DNA of 64,000 nucleotides from Octopus vulgaris. Lineage: Eukaryota. The stretch is from contig OX597815.1 of assembly GCA_951406725.2 (NCBI GenBank), positions 39,680,001-39,744,000 of the forward strand, read 5' to 3'. Position numbers and translations under genes: made by a program. This document shows, piece by piece, positions 39,801 through 52,047 of this stretch (its first letter is position 1; each line of letters opens with the position of its first letter). Below the pieces are notes generated by a model. The model was not told the origin of the DNA and made no database searches. It was given only the letters and a program-made list of their open reading frames with translations.

Positions 39801-41836
39801 ATAGACCAGTACTTATCTTATCAACCCCAGAAGGATGAAAGGCAAATTGAATCTGGGCAAGATTTGAACTTAGAATATAAATGGATATAACCACCAAATA
39901 CTACAAGATATTTAATCTGATGCACCACTGATCCTGTCATCCAACTTTATATGTATTTATTTTATTTTATTTATTTATTTACTTTTTTTCATTTAGCTAG
40001 AGAGAAGGGGCAATATGCTTTCCATGACCCTTCATTTTTTCCAGATCTCTGAAACTGATGAGAAGAAGAGAACTTCTCAAACCAGAGACCTAAACAGAAT
40101 GCTTACAACAGAATGTACTTTACTGAAGGCACCCAAGAATTAAGTAGTTCTAGTAATGGATTAAGCTCACCATCCAAGAACAACACTCTAACAATCCAGC
40201 CAATCCAGTGCTCTGAATGGATATTTTATTTCATCAACTCTCAAGAATGAAAGCAAAGTTGACAGGATTGGAACACAGGGCACATAGAGTCAGGAGAAAT
40301 ATCACAAGGCATTTTAACCCTACCCTGTAGCAACTCTGCCATTTCATCAAGGTACAGTTGATAGATGTTCATCACTTGTTCATCAATGAGTTGATAGTTT
40401 TATATCCTATAACCAGTATTACATTGTGTCCATGGCTTGCACATGATACTCTTTATGCCTCTGAATAACAAGCTGTCAGAGAAAAGTACCAACACCTATG
40501 GGAAAAGTTACCTGTGATATATTAGCCTTGAATCCAATCTATTGGGTCAGAAGTATATTAATGAAGGCTACCTCTCCCTACCGGCTTCATAGAACAGACT
40601 TGTATTTTTAATTATTATTGGTCAGAATTGTTAGAGTGGTGGAAAAAGCAACTTGTAGTATTTCTTCTAGTTCTTTATGTTCTCAGTTCAAATTTTGCCT
40701 AATGTCACATTTGCTTCTCATCCTTCTGAGGAGTTGTAGGTGTTAGTACTGCAGTTGTGGGTGTTGTCTAAGCCCTCTCATCAAACTGCTAGATTATTAT
40801 TATTATTGAGTGAGAGAGCAGTGACACTGGGGTAAAATATACGAAGCCCAGTATACCCATCATTACTACCTGTCTGATAAGGATACACTAGACACATGCA
40901 TCACAACCATATGTGTGCAACATGGTGATCTCATATCAAGATAAACAGCACATGACCTTGAAGGTGGGGCCCAGTTAGAATTTTCTTCTGGTCAAGTAGC
41001 CCATCTTACTCAAAAAGTCCTTGAATAAGGATTATTTAAGGATGATAAACAAAACACCCCACTTTTCCAGGGGTTAATTATTGAACCCCAAAGAATTCCT
41101 CTCAACACATAGCTATGATGCTCCCCCACTACTTCTGCTTGTAATCAGAGATGCACATAACATCGGCCACCAAGGGACATGCTGAACTGGTTAAGGTCAA
41201 ACAACTGACAAGCAAATCTGTGGTATTGAGCAGAATATTTGCTGTAGCCCATCTTTTATACCAAGACAAAACAATGTACATGATAACACTTCCAATCAGT
41301 TAAGATCAGAAGCCATGAGAGCTAGTGCCTGGTACAGAATCAGGGCATTTGAGTGGGGAGAATCATTAGAATGCTGATTAAATGCTTAGCAGCATTTCAA
41401 CCATCTTTATGTTCTGAGTTTAAATTCTGCTGGAGTCAGCTTTGCTTTTCATCTTTTCGGGGTTGATAAATTAAGTACCAGTGAAACCCTGAGGTTGATG
41501 TAATCAACTAGTCCCCTCTCCCAAAATTTCAAATCTTGTGCCTTTAGTAGAAAGGATGATAATAATAATAATAATAATTATTATTATTATTAAGGCAACA
41601 AGCTAGCAGAATCATTACCATGACAGACAAAATGCTGAGCAGTATTTCTTCTGATTCCTTACATTCTGAGTTTCAATTTCACTGAGTTTGTCCTTTCAGA
41701 ATCAATAAAATAAGTACCAGTCAAATACTGGGGTTGCTATAATTGACTAGCCCCCTTCCCCCAAATTTCAGGCCTTATGCCTATAGTAGAAAAAAATAAT
41801 GATAACAACAATAATAATAATAATAATAACAATAAC

Positions 41837-41882
<46 letters not shown>

Positions 41883-42302
41883 GTAATAATAGTAATGATA
41901 ATAATAATAAATGCCCTGATGCAGTACCAGGCAGTGGCTCTTATGGCTTCCGATCTTAACTGATTGGAAGTGCTACCATGTACATTGTTTTGTCTTGGTA
42001 TAAAAAATGGACTACAGCAAATATTCTGCTCAATACCACAGATTTGCTTGCCAGTTGTTTGACCGTAACCAATTGAGCATGTCCCTTAGTTGCTGATGAT
42101 ATGTGCATCTCTGATCATGAGCAGAAGTAGTGGGGGATCATCATAGCCGTGTGTTCAAAGGAATTCTTAGAGGTTTGGATAATTCACCTTTGGAAACATA
42201 GGTGTTTCGTTCAACATCCTTAAACAATCCTCACTCAGGGACCTTTTAAGCAGGATGGGCAACTTAACCAGAAGAAAATTCTAACTGGGCCTCACCTGCT
42301 TA

Positions 42303-42803
42303 GTGGCTGTGGCAAAAGAGGTTGTGAGGTGGACCTATCTGAAAGGTTTGAAGACAGGCACATTCCTATCTGGTCAAGCCCTCATCAATTTCTTCAGATA
42401 TCATTTAAAGAGGAAGGTGAGGGCAGAGAGGGTAGTGCTGCCTTCTAATGTGTTTATCAAAAGGTGGTTGACAATGGCAAGACTGGTGATACTGAATGGA
42501 TCTATTCTGAGTGTGCTTTTCTAAGCAGGAAGAAAGAAACTGGAAGATGGTACTTTCCCATACCTTGGAGATGGCAGAGTAATCTGGGACTTACCCAGGA
42601 TTCCCCTAAGTGGACTGCTCCACTATTGAGGATTCTATTTTTTTATTAATTGTTTATTTCTCTAGCTTCTGTTTATATATCCTCCGTTATATCCTTTAAT
42701 GTGGTAGTATCTCTCCTTGATTGCTATCAACCCCACAAGTTTTTATAATTTTTTTTATATTGACCTCCATGTCTTGGGGCCCTTGTACCCAATAAAGGAA
42801 ATC
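42303..42803 (+). mobile_element. Tx1/L1-like LINE 3' end
   Basis: AVAKEVVRWT...INFFRYHLKRKVRAER...FIKRW; paralogous to 56300-56915. Confidence 0.55.
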
Positions 42804-42819
42804 ATTATTATTATCATTG

Positions 42820-42864
<45 letters not shown>

Positions 42865-43398
42865 AATAATAATAATAACGAATGAAAGAGCAGCGCTTGT
42901 CATCAAAGTGATACTGGGCTACAAATATACAAAACCCAATATACCTATCATGACTACCCATTTGATAAGGGAACACCAGGCACATTTATCATAACCATAT
43001 GTGCACAACATGGCAATCTCATATCAAGATAAATAGCACATTACCTTGCAGGTGGGGACCCAGATAGAATTTTCTTCATTTTGAGTTGTCCATCCCACTC
43101 AAAAGCTCTCTGAATAAGGTTTATTCAAACCCCAAAGAATTCCTCTCAACACATGACTATGGTGCTTGCCAACTACTTCTGCTTGTGATCAGAGATGCAC
43201 ATATCGTCAGCCACTAAGGGACATGCTCAACTGGTTATGGTCAAGCAACTGGCAAGCAAATTTGTGGTATTCAGCCGAATATTTACTGTAGCCCATCTTT
43301 CTATACCAAGACAAAACAATGTACATGATAACACTTCCACTCAGTTAAGATCAGAAGCCATGACAGCCAGTACCGGGTACTGCATTAAGGCATTATTA

Positions 43399-43449
<51 letters not shown>

Positions 43450-43451
<2 letters not shown>

Positions 43452-44232
43452 CAGTCTTATTGCTAACGCATGTTTCAAACTCTACTCAACACAGCCATAT
43501 GTAGAGTGTTCTGTTGCATTTTTATATTTTGTTTTTTATGTTGTATTGAAATCATTCTGAGTAATAAGCATTGTGCCTTGAGGTGCTTCTTTCTGTATGT
43601 TGTACATAATGATAAGTCCTGGTATTATAATTATGTATTTGCATATTTATTATAATTTTGTTCATTTCAAGATTCATGTTATTGTAGGGATGGTTTCAGG
43701 TTTTTTTCCTTTATTGATAGGAAAGTATCTCTATTTCCAGATCCTTGTAAATGGAATAATCTATTTTTTCATCTGTTAATATACTTCAAATATAAGGCAT
43801 TTCTTTTCCTTCTGTCCTTGATAACAATATCTGGTCAATTAGCTTTGATCTCACAGTCTGTCTATGTATCTATATCCCAGAGTATGATTGCTTTCTCATT
43901 TGCTGAAATATTTTCTGGTGTATCAGTACTATTTCTTTAATGTTGGTATTTCATAATGCTGGCATAACTTGTTATGTGAGTCTTAACTCCGTCATACCTG
44001 TGGTTATATTCTCTCTTGACTCAATTGTTTCTTATTTCCCCATTTCCATATAGGCTGTAGTCTTTTATTGCTTCATGATATGCTTTGTGGGTTTCTGGTG
44101 GGGTTAGGGTTAGTGTTGGGGTCTCTGCTTCTCGATTTATTTCCACTCTTTTCAGCTATTTCCAGAACTGACCATGCAGGTGCTTTTCTTACCATTGTTT
44201 TATCATGGCATCCTGTAGCCCTACATTTAGAT
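43450..44232 (-). mobile_element. R4/Dong-like non-LTR relic with restriction-like endonuclease segment
   Basis: KLCQHYEI...NEKAIILWDI...IKAN*PDIVIKD...KCLIFEV...YKDLEIEI...IQKEAPQGT matches the R4-clade RLE PD-(D/E)xK region; both sides are bounded by (TTA)n. Confidence 0.7.
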
Positions 44233-44792
44233 TATTATTATTATTGAGTTGTTGTTGTTGTTGTTGTTATTATCAATATTGAGTGAGAAAGCAGTGCATT
44301 CACCTCTGGAAACATGGATGTTCCGTTCAACATCCTTAAACAACCCTTATTCAGAGATCCTTTGAGCATGATGGGTTACTCAACCAGAAGAAAATTCTAA
44401 CTGGGCCCCACCTGCAAGGTCATGTGCTGTTTATCTTGATATGAGATCACCATGTTGCACACATATGGTTGATTATGCATGTGCCTAGTGTACCCTTATC
44501 AGATGGGTAGTCATGATGGGTATAATGGGCTGCGTATATTTTACCCCAGTGTCTCTTTGATGGTATGCGCAACATGGTGATCTCATATCAAGATAAACAG
44601 CACATGACCTTGCAGGTGGGGGCCCAGATAGAAGTTTTTTTTTATTTTTGAGTTGTCCATCCCACTCAAAAGGTCTCTGAATAAGGTTTGTTTAAGGATG
44701 ATGAACAAAACGCACCACTTTTTCCACAGGTTAATTATTCAAACCCCAAAGAATTCCTCTCAATACATGACTATGGTGCTTGCTCATTATTA

Positions 44793-44869
<77 letters not shown>

Positions 44870-45186
44870 GCTATTATTAAGGCAGTGGACTGGTGGAACT
44901 GTTAGCATGTCAGGCTAAATGCTTAGCGACATCTTGTATGTCTTTACATTTTGATTTCAAATTCTTAAAAGGTCAATGTTGTCTTCCATCCCTTTGGGGT
45001 CAATAAAAAAAATAGTACCAGTCTGGAACTGAAGTAGTCATAATCAACTTCTTCTCCTCAAAAACTGCTGGCCAAAATTTGAAACCATTATCATCATCAT
45101 CATTATTATTATTATGATATTTGAATTTTGTCAAGACATCTTTTCAGTTATGGATTACCTTATATGCTTTATTTTTTAAACTTTAG

Positions 45187-45230
45187 ATGGCTTTTTCTGT
45201 TTTATTGTATTTGGAGTTAAATCAAATAAG
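45187..45230 (+). CDS. Candidate upstream NDNF exon (5' UTR or N-terminal extension MAFSVLLYLELNQIR)
   Basis: Flanked by tttaaactttag| and a consensus donor AAG|GTGAGT (45231). Joined to 49620 its ATG is in frame with ATG 49621. No homology support. Confidence 0.35.
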
Positions 45231-45399
45231 GTGAGTGCTTGTTACATAATTTTTCTAGCTTATTAAGCAAAGAAAAAATAGAAATTAAAGAGAAACATTT
45301 TTGAAGTTATCCTGTGCTCTTTTGTGGTTCCAGGTTTTGCTTTCATACCTGGAATTTCCTTTCTAATTCTACAACAAATTCAGTTACTAGAAGAGGTCA

Positions 45400-47300
45400 T
45401 CAACATATAGAAGTTGCCACAGATATCCCATCTTAAACTCCTCTGTCATAGCTTGAAGGATCATAATGAACAGTAGGGGACAAATAACTGAGCACTAGTG
45501 GACCCCTATCTGCACACTTAATTTGGTGTATTGTTCATTGCTAATTCTCACCTTAATGATAGCTACTCTGTACATAGCTTACATGGCTCTCTCATGTCAT
45601 TTGTCCACTCCTAGCTATTTCAGCAACACCTCAGCTCACAGAGCAAGGGACCCAATCAAAGGTTTTCTCTAGGTCAATGAATGCTGAATACATTAATTCA
45701 CTTTTATCTAGATACTTCTGTTACAGTTGCCTTACTAAGAGAGCAACAGTAGTTTTGTGTTCCTTCCACAAAATTGAACAGCATATCACTTTTGTTGACT
45801 CTTTCTGTTATTAAGTGTTCTAACTTTCATGACCTTGTCTAGCTATTTGATATTTTTGGAATTACTTCTCCCTAAGGCCTTTGTAACTATGATACTGTCA
45901 CACCAGTTATTGGGTATGATACCTTACTTTACAATGAGAGTGACTACACAGTGACCATGCCACATACTACTAGACATGGTATTTCAAACATCATCTCTAT
46001 AGTTATTCCTAACAGACTAGGGGTTTTCTTTGCTTTTATATCCTCGATTGCTTATCTGTCATGTTACTTTCTATTATAATAGCTGCTCCCTCTGTTGGAT
46101 CAATATTGGCAAAACCTTCTTTCTTCCATGCATTCTACTCCTTTAGTAATCTTTCACAGTTTCACTTCCATAAATTTTTGTTTCAAAATCCCTAAGTACA
46201 TGTGTGCCAGTACCCATCCATACACACTTCTAACTCTAACTGTCTGAATACTCCACATCTTGCAAACATGATCACCTCACCCTTCTACTTCTCTTGCTCT
46301 GGAACATTGACAAATATCTTACTTTCAGTTTCTCCTCTTGTACAGGAAGCATGATACAAAGAAACTGACATGAAAAGACTAGAAGCATTATTTCAGTGTT
46401 TCAAGCCTGTCTCTTAGCTTTTATTTCTTCTACCTCACTGTTCCGCTACCATATCACACAGATTTTCATGGCATTCCTTAGTGAGTTTTCCCATAAGGAC
46501 TTCTAGTTGTCCTCTGTCCAGTACATCTCTATCTCCTCCCTTTTGTCAAATGTTTCAGCTAACATTTCTCTAAATTTTTGACAGTAGAATAAAAATCATC
46601 ATCATCATCGTCATTTAATGTCCATTTTTCAAGTTGGCATGGGTTGGAAAAAGTATGATAAAAATTAAAGTTATTAGTGTAATGAAAATACTGATGAAAC
46701 AAATATACTGATATGGATACACAGGTGCTGGAGAATCTGTATAACAGGATTTATGCAATGAAAATAGTAAAATGAATATATGAAAAAGTTTTATATTCAT
46801 TGTTAGGGAATGTATTTTTCACTTTCTTCATAGATTTTTTCCCCCACTTTTCTGGGGCCTATTTTCTTTTCTTTTTCCACTGTCCTCTGTAGTTTATCCC
46901 CTGTTTATTACCTGTTTTCATTTGATTTCATCTTTTCATGCAAGACAATGAGAATGACTCTACTGATAAGGAATTCCTTGGCATTCTGGTTGATGACTTC
47001 TTGATTGTTGGTTTTTAGGATTGAAGATGAGGAGATCCTTTTAGCTATCCCCACAGCTGTAGCTGGTGGCATGAATACTGATACTATTGCAACAGGAGAC
47101 TCCAAAATCTACCTTTGTTGCTGGCTCTGCTGCTTTCTGTATCTAGGAATGTCACAGGACCGATCTGACCTCTTCTTCTATCAGTCCACTAGCCTCTCCA
47201 ATACTCTGCTCCTCCCTTTCTCATCCTTGTCATTCCTCACACTCTCACCATCTTGAAGCATATCCTTAAGGGCTAGATGTACTTCAAACACTTTACCAAT
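45400..47300 (-). mobile_element. Highly decayed RTE LINE relic
   Basis: Recognisable remnants of FIDLEK, GVH*CSVICPLLFIMILQAMTEEFK and LDKVMKV. Confidence 0.6.
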
Positions 47301-49302
47301 ACTACCCACTGTGCATTTGGTATTGACATCCATTTTTCATCTTTCTATCCATCATTCTTTTACCCCTGTTTTCTTTGGTGCTGATACCATAATAAAGTAA
47401 TTCAGTACACTCTGTTAAATCCAGGGGTTGATCTTGTTGAAAACATAACAACTTCCTTAGCGTTGGTGCCCTCCCTCCAAATTAAAGAAAAGTGCACCTA
47501 GTACATTCTGTAAAATAGTTGATGTTTGGAAGGACATCCAGTCAAGGAAAATCACATCAAAATGAAACTTGTGAGTGTGATATCACTCCTCAGCCTATTT
47601 AGAAAAGCAGGAATGTCTGTCCAACCCTTTCAGAATAGAAAGGGAACATAAAAGAACAGTGATGATGATGATGATGGTGTGTATGTGTGTATGTATGTGT
47701 ACTTCTTCCCACAAGTCTAAGAAGCCCCCAAAAAGGGCCTAGGTAAGTACTGTGCTTCCTGCTTTAAGTCATTAATCATCATCATCATTGTCCTTTTGTG
47801 TTCTCTCTTCCATATTGACATGGGTTGCATAGGTTTTCTAAGACAGAGTTTACAGTTGGATGCCCTTCCTGTCACCAACTCTTTTAACTGCTTCTCACAA
47901 CATACAGGAATATTGAGTACTTATACTAAAACTAGAATTCATACAGTATTATTATAAAGAATATTCTGTTTTACACTGATGATGATGATGATGGGTGGCA
48001 GAGACCTAACATAAGTGGTTGGCTTAACACCCTCTCCCACTTGTAGAGTATCTTTAGGAGGCATTCAGACCAGATCTTTGATTTAGGAATAACCTAGTAT
48101 CTCAATGTACTGCTTCCAACAGCATTCTATCCTTCATAGAGCCACTGCAAGCCAAAGAGTATAGGTAAAAAAGGTTTCATAACAAAGACTAGGCTCACTA
48201 TCAGATGAGACAGGATTCCAGCCCTGTAGGTTACTCTTTGCAAAGCTACTCTGTCATTTAGCACATCATTCTGTATTTTCTTCCCTACCAATTAATGAAA
48301 AGTGTCCCAGCTAACTTATGCTTATGAAAGAGCCACACCAAGCCACTGACTTCTAGCTGGTTGCTTACAGAGATCAAGGTGGTGGTTTATAATAATTCAT
48401 AAGTCATGATTTCCTCCCCTTTCTCATGAAAAACTGTTTCTTGTTCTGCACTGTTTCTGACAGGGAATCTTCATTTTCAGTCATCCAAAACAGCTATAAG
48501 CAGGACTAAGTGGGAACTATTATGTGTTCATGGAAATCACATCCATATTAAATATAGCAAAGACACAATGGATAATATAGCTGTGGCTGTATAAAAAGAC
48601 AAAATGGTTATGGCCTAAACACCTGTGATCATAGGTATGATGAAGCAGACTTGTCTTGTAAGTAAAGTATTACAACTAGCTGTAAATAGGTACTTTGGTT
48701 AGGTATGGTTTGCAATTGTAAATTGCATAAGTAGATTAGTATTTCTGTAGTTTAGAGTATCAAGCATAAATCTTCTAGTAGATGTAAAGAAGATAACAAC
48801 AGTAATTCATTCTGTCATATATTTTCTTGATTCTATGTGATGGCAAACTCCTTTGTAATACTCTGTTATACTAATGGCTCACTACCTGTTGAAGTATTAA
48901 AAAAGATAAAGCAATATCAATGTCATTATATATATGTAAGTTTATATTTGGTATAATTAAAACCACTTCTTTACTTCAGCTTTCTATTTCTTTAAAAGCA
49001 CCCAATTAATATGAAAGGATACTGAAGTCAACTTATTTTGGATGATGCTGGATTAAACTTATAATTTGGAAAAATGTTTTTTCGTGATATGTCAATAGAA
49101 AGTAGCATCATGATGTGTATAAGAGAAAGAAAAAGACAAAGACAGAATCTAGTAGTGTTCAAAAAACACTATCATACAGTGAATTAGTTTTCTCTAGTTG
49201 AAATTTTCAGTGATAACAGAAATTTGAAAACCACATTTTGATTAAAAAAAAGTATATTAAAATTATAATCTTTAAGAATTATCTAGACAGTGTAGACTTT
49301 AA

Positions 49303-49503
49303 CCCTTTAGCATTCAGATTACTCTGTCAAATGTAATGCTTATTCATATGCATTGTTTTGAATTAATCATGCATTATTCCATATGACTGTTTTATTCTTT
49401 GAATGACATTTGAGGGTAGGCGGCAGCACCTGGATCTGGTTTGTTTGTACATACAACAGAGAGAATATTTTGGTCAGATAAGGCCAGTTTAAATGCTAAA
49501 GGG
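49303..49503. mobile_element. piggyBac-like MITE (family A), ~115 bp upstream of the NDNF first coding exon
   Basis: TTAA|ccctttagcatt...aatgctaaaggg|TCAA. Confidence 0.8.
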
Positions 49504-49620
49504 TCAATAATTGCTTACTTATAGAAAAAGTTACATACAACTAATTAATAAGCAGCTTTTCTTACTACAGAAAGAGATAATGTGGTTTCTCTCATAAATT
49601 CTTTCTTTTTATATTTTAGG

Positions 49621-49835
49621 ATGATGATGGAAATACGAAACAAAATTGATTACACTTACTCAATAGTTGGCTTTTTCACTTTATTGACTCTTCTTGAACA
49701 TGGTTATTCTCACAAAACTCCAAATAACGATGGAAAAAGGCTGAGCAAAGATCGACCAGAAATATTTTTTGACACTCGCATGATTCCAGAACGAGTTGTA
49801 AAAAATATATATATTTACAAAAGTACAAAGAATTT
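49621..49835 (+). CDS. NDNF: NDNF/Nord-family gene, coding exon 1 (signal peptide and N-terminus)
   Basis: Acceptor tttctttttatattttag|G (AG 49618-19), ATG at 49621, donor ttt|GTGAGT at 49836. Translates MMMEIRNKIDYTYSIVGFFTLLTLLEHGYS-HKTPNND...FFDTRMIPERVVKNIYIYKSTKN: a hydrophobic signal-like stretch, then similarity to the remembered NDNF segment QKLPTRD...FHDSSVIPDG. 215 nt, ends in phase 2. Confidence 0.85.
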
Positions 49836-51007
49836 GTGAGTACTGCAATATCAAGTTTATTACCTAAATTTGTTTTACACATAACTTATTTATGATTCAC
49901 TTCGTGTGTGTGTGTGTGTGTATGTGTGTGTGTAAAATAAAAAATAGATGGTCAAGTAACTTGTGTCTGGTCAGGTTATGACATTTATATATTTATAAAA
50001 CTTACATAAAATAAAGAACACTTTAAAGAATTTATATTACAAGAAATTGATTCAGGAATGTTCATAATGGTTGTAGTATATGCTGGTATATCCCCAGAGT
50101 AAGTATCAGGTAAGTCCATAGTATTATATTACATAATGAGTAAAGGCAGGTCATCATTGATAAAATCCAAACTGAAAGAGAAGGAAGAAGTTGTACAGCT
50201 TGTTCCTTACAGCTGTTTCAGAAATGGATACACTGTTGTTGCTATTCCCTGCAAGTAGTCCACAACCAGCATTTTAGCAACAAGCTATCCTATCTTCATT
50301 GATGAAGCACATGTGTATCTGTGTTGTTGATATGCTTGCTTCACAACCTTGTGGTCTAGAGTACAGTCCCACTTTGTGGTACCTTGGGTAAGAAATTTCT
50401 ACTGTAATCCCAGGCTAACTAAAGCCTAGTGATTTCATTTAGTTGACAGAATCTGAAAGAAGCCCACCATGTGTGCGTGTGCTTTTATATCCTTGTCTTG
50501 ACATCACATGATTGTTATAACTGAGCGTCACAGTCATAAAAGCAATGTTGTTTGTTTCCAGTCTTCTGCAAAAAAACATATCTGACCATGGGAAATATTA
50601 CCTTACTCGGAAATAGGTGAGAGTTAGGAGTAAAGGAAGGGTATCTGGCCATAGAAACTCCACTTGATCTATGCAAGCATGGAAAACTGGATGTTAAATT
50701 ATGATGATGATGATAGACATCTCATCAGTGATGTTTCCTAGTTATTTGTTTTGAACAAGGGTAATAAATTTGAAGAAATATACTATATTAATTGGTAGAT
50801 ACATGTTGCATCCTATTGAAATAGACTTGATCTTTCAGCATTCTGCGGTCAGTTGTTAAAAGAAATTTATTTCAGTAAGGACGACAAATTCTCAGTAGTT
50901 CTCAGAAATAGTAAGGCACTGCACTAAATGTCTCATATTATTTAGATTTATGCTTTTACATTTTGACCTTATATCAAACTAGATTTTACTTAACTTTTCA
51001 TCTAGGG

Positions 51008-51258
51008 CAGTAGTTCTCAAACATTTTTTGCCTATGGACCCCTTTCATTCCTATTTTACTCTACTGGACCTTCATACCCATTCAATATTTTCAAAAATCA
51101 TATATTTTTATAATTAGATATTATAAGGAATTGTATTAAAAAATTAAAACATTTTGTCTATTGTAGAAATATAGCCAATTTATTGTACATAAATTTTAAC
51201 AGCAAAATCTTATATGGACCCCGCCAAAGGTCATGTGGACTGCAGTTGAGAACCACTA
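51008..51258. mobile_element. hAT-Charlie-like MITE with perfect 8-bp TSD
   Basis: TSD atctaggg at 51000-51007 and 51259-51266; TIRs cagtagttctcaa...ttgagaaccacta. The central TCTAG is typical of Charlie targets. Confidence 0.9.
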
Positions 51259-51299
51259 ATCTAGGGCTCATAAAACAAGCACCAGAAATACATTTGTAA

Positions 51300-51665
51300 A
51301 ATGCATCAAATGTGGTGTGCAAGAGAGATGACTACACTGTTATGGTCATATGTTGCACATGGGTGAGGACAGCTGTGTGAAGAAGCGTCACACCCTAACA
51401 GTGGAGGGAACCTGTGGAAGAGATAGACCCAGAAAGACATGGAATGAGGTGATGAAGGACAACCTTCAAGCGTTAGGCCTCACAGAGGCAATGACAAGCA
51501 ACCGAGACCTTTGGAGATATGTTGTGCTTGTGAAGACCTGCAAGCCAAGTGAGATCATAGGTGTAGCCGATGCCAGTGTTGCATAACTGGCCCATTTAAA
51601 AGCATCCTTCAATCATTGGGCAATATGCTGTGCTTGTGAAGACCTGTTGAACCAAGTGAAATCAT
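51300..51665 (+). mobile_element. RTE LINE 3' fragment in NDNF intron 1
   Basis: YGHMLHMGEDSCVKKRHTLTVEGTCGRDRPRKTW. Confidence 0.8.
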
Positions 51666-51668
51666 AGT

Positions 51669-52047
51669 CATGGCTGTGTGGTAAGTAGCTTGCTTACCAA
51701 CCACATGCTTCCGGGTTCAGTCCCACCACGTAGCACCTTGGGCAAGTGTCTTCTACTATAGCCTCGGGCCAACCAAAGCCTTGTGTGTAGATTTGGTAGA
51801 CGGAAACTAAAAGAAGCTCGTCGTACATATGTATATGTATATATGTGTGTGTGTGTGTGTTTGTGTGTCTGTGTTTGTCCTCCCAACATCGCTTGACAAC
51901 TGATGCTTGTGTGTTTACATCCCAGTAACTTAGCAGTTTGCCAAAAGAGACCAATAGAATAAGTGCTAGGCTTACAAAGAATAAGTCCTGGGGTCGATTT
52001 GCTCAACTGAAGGCAGTGCTCCAGCATGACTGAAACAAGTAAAAGAG
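51669..52047 (+). mobile_element. tRNA-derived SINE (same family as 25837-26203)
   Basis: Near full-length match. Confidence 0.85.

Larger units (their letters stand above)
40808..44785. mobile_element. Cluster of a ~540-bp (TAA)n-associated repeat family (40808-41350, 41910-42300, 42880-43393, 44281-44785)
   Basis: Shared segments such as catggtgatctcatatcaagataaacagcacatgacc and cagttaagatcagaagccatgag in alternating orientation; each copy borders a (TAA)n/(TTA)n tract. Confidence 0.8.

Noticed and set aside
41777-41959. Poly-Asn ORF (and poly-Leu/poly-Tyr ORFs at 43195 and 44653)
   Set aside because: (AAT)n microsatellite translations.
44098-44114. Telomere-like gggttagggttag
   Set aside because: Only about two units, inside the R4/Dong-like relic.
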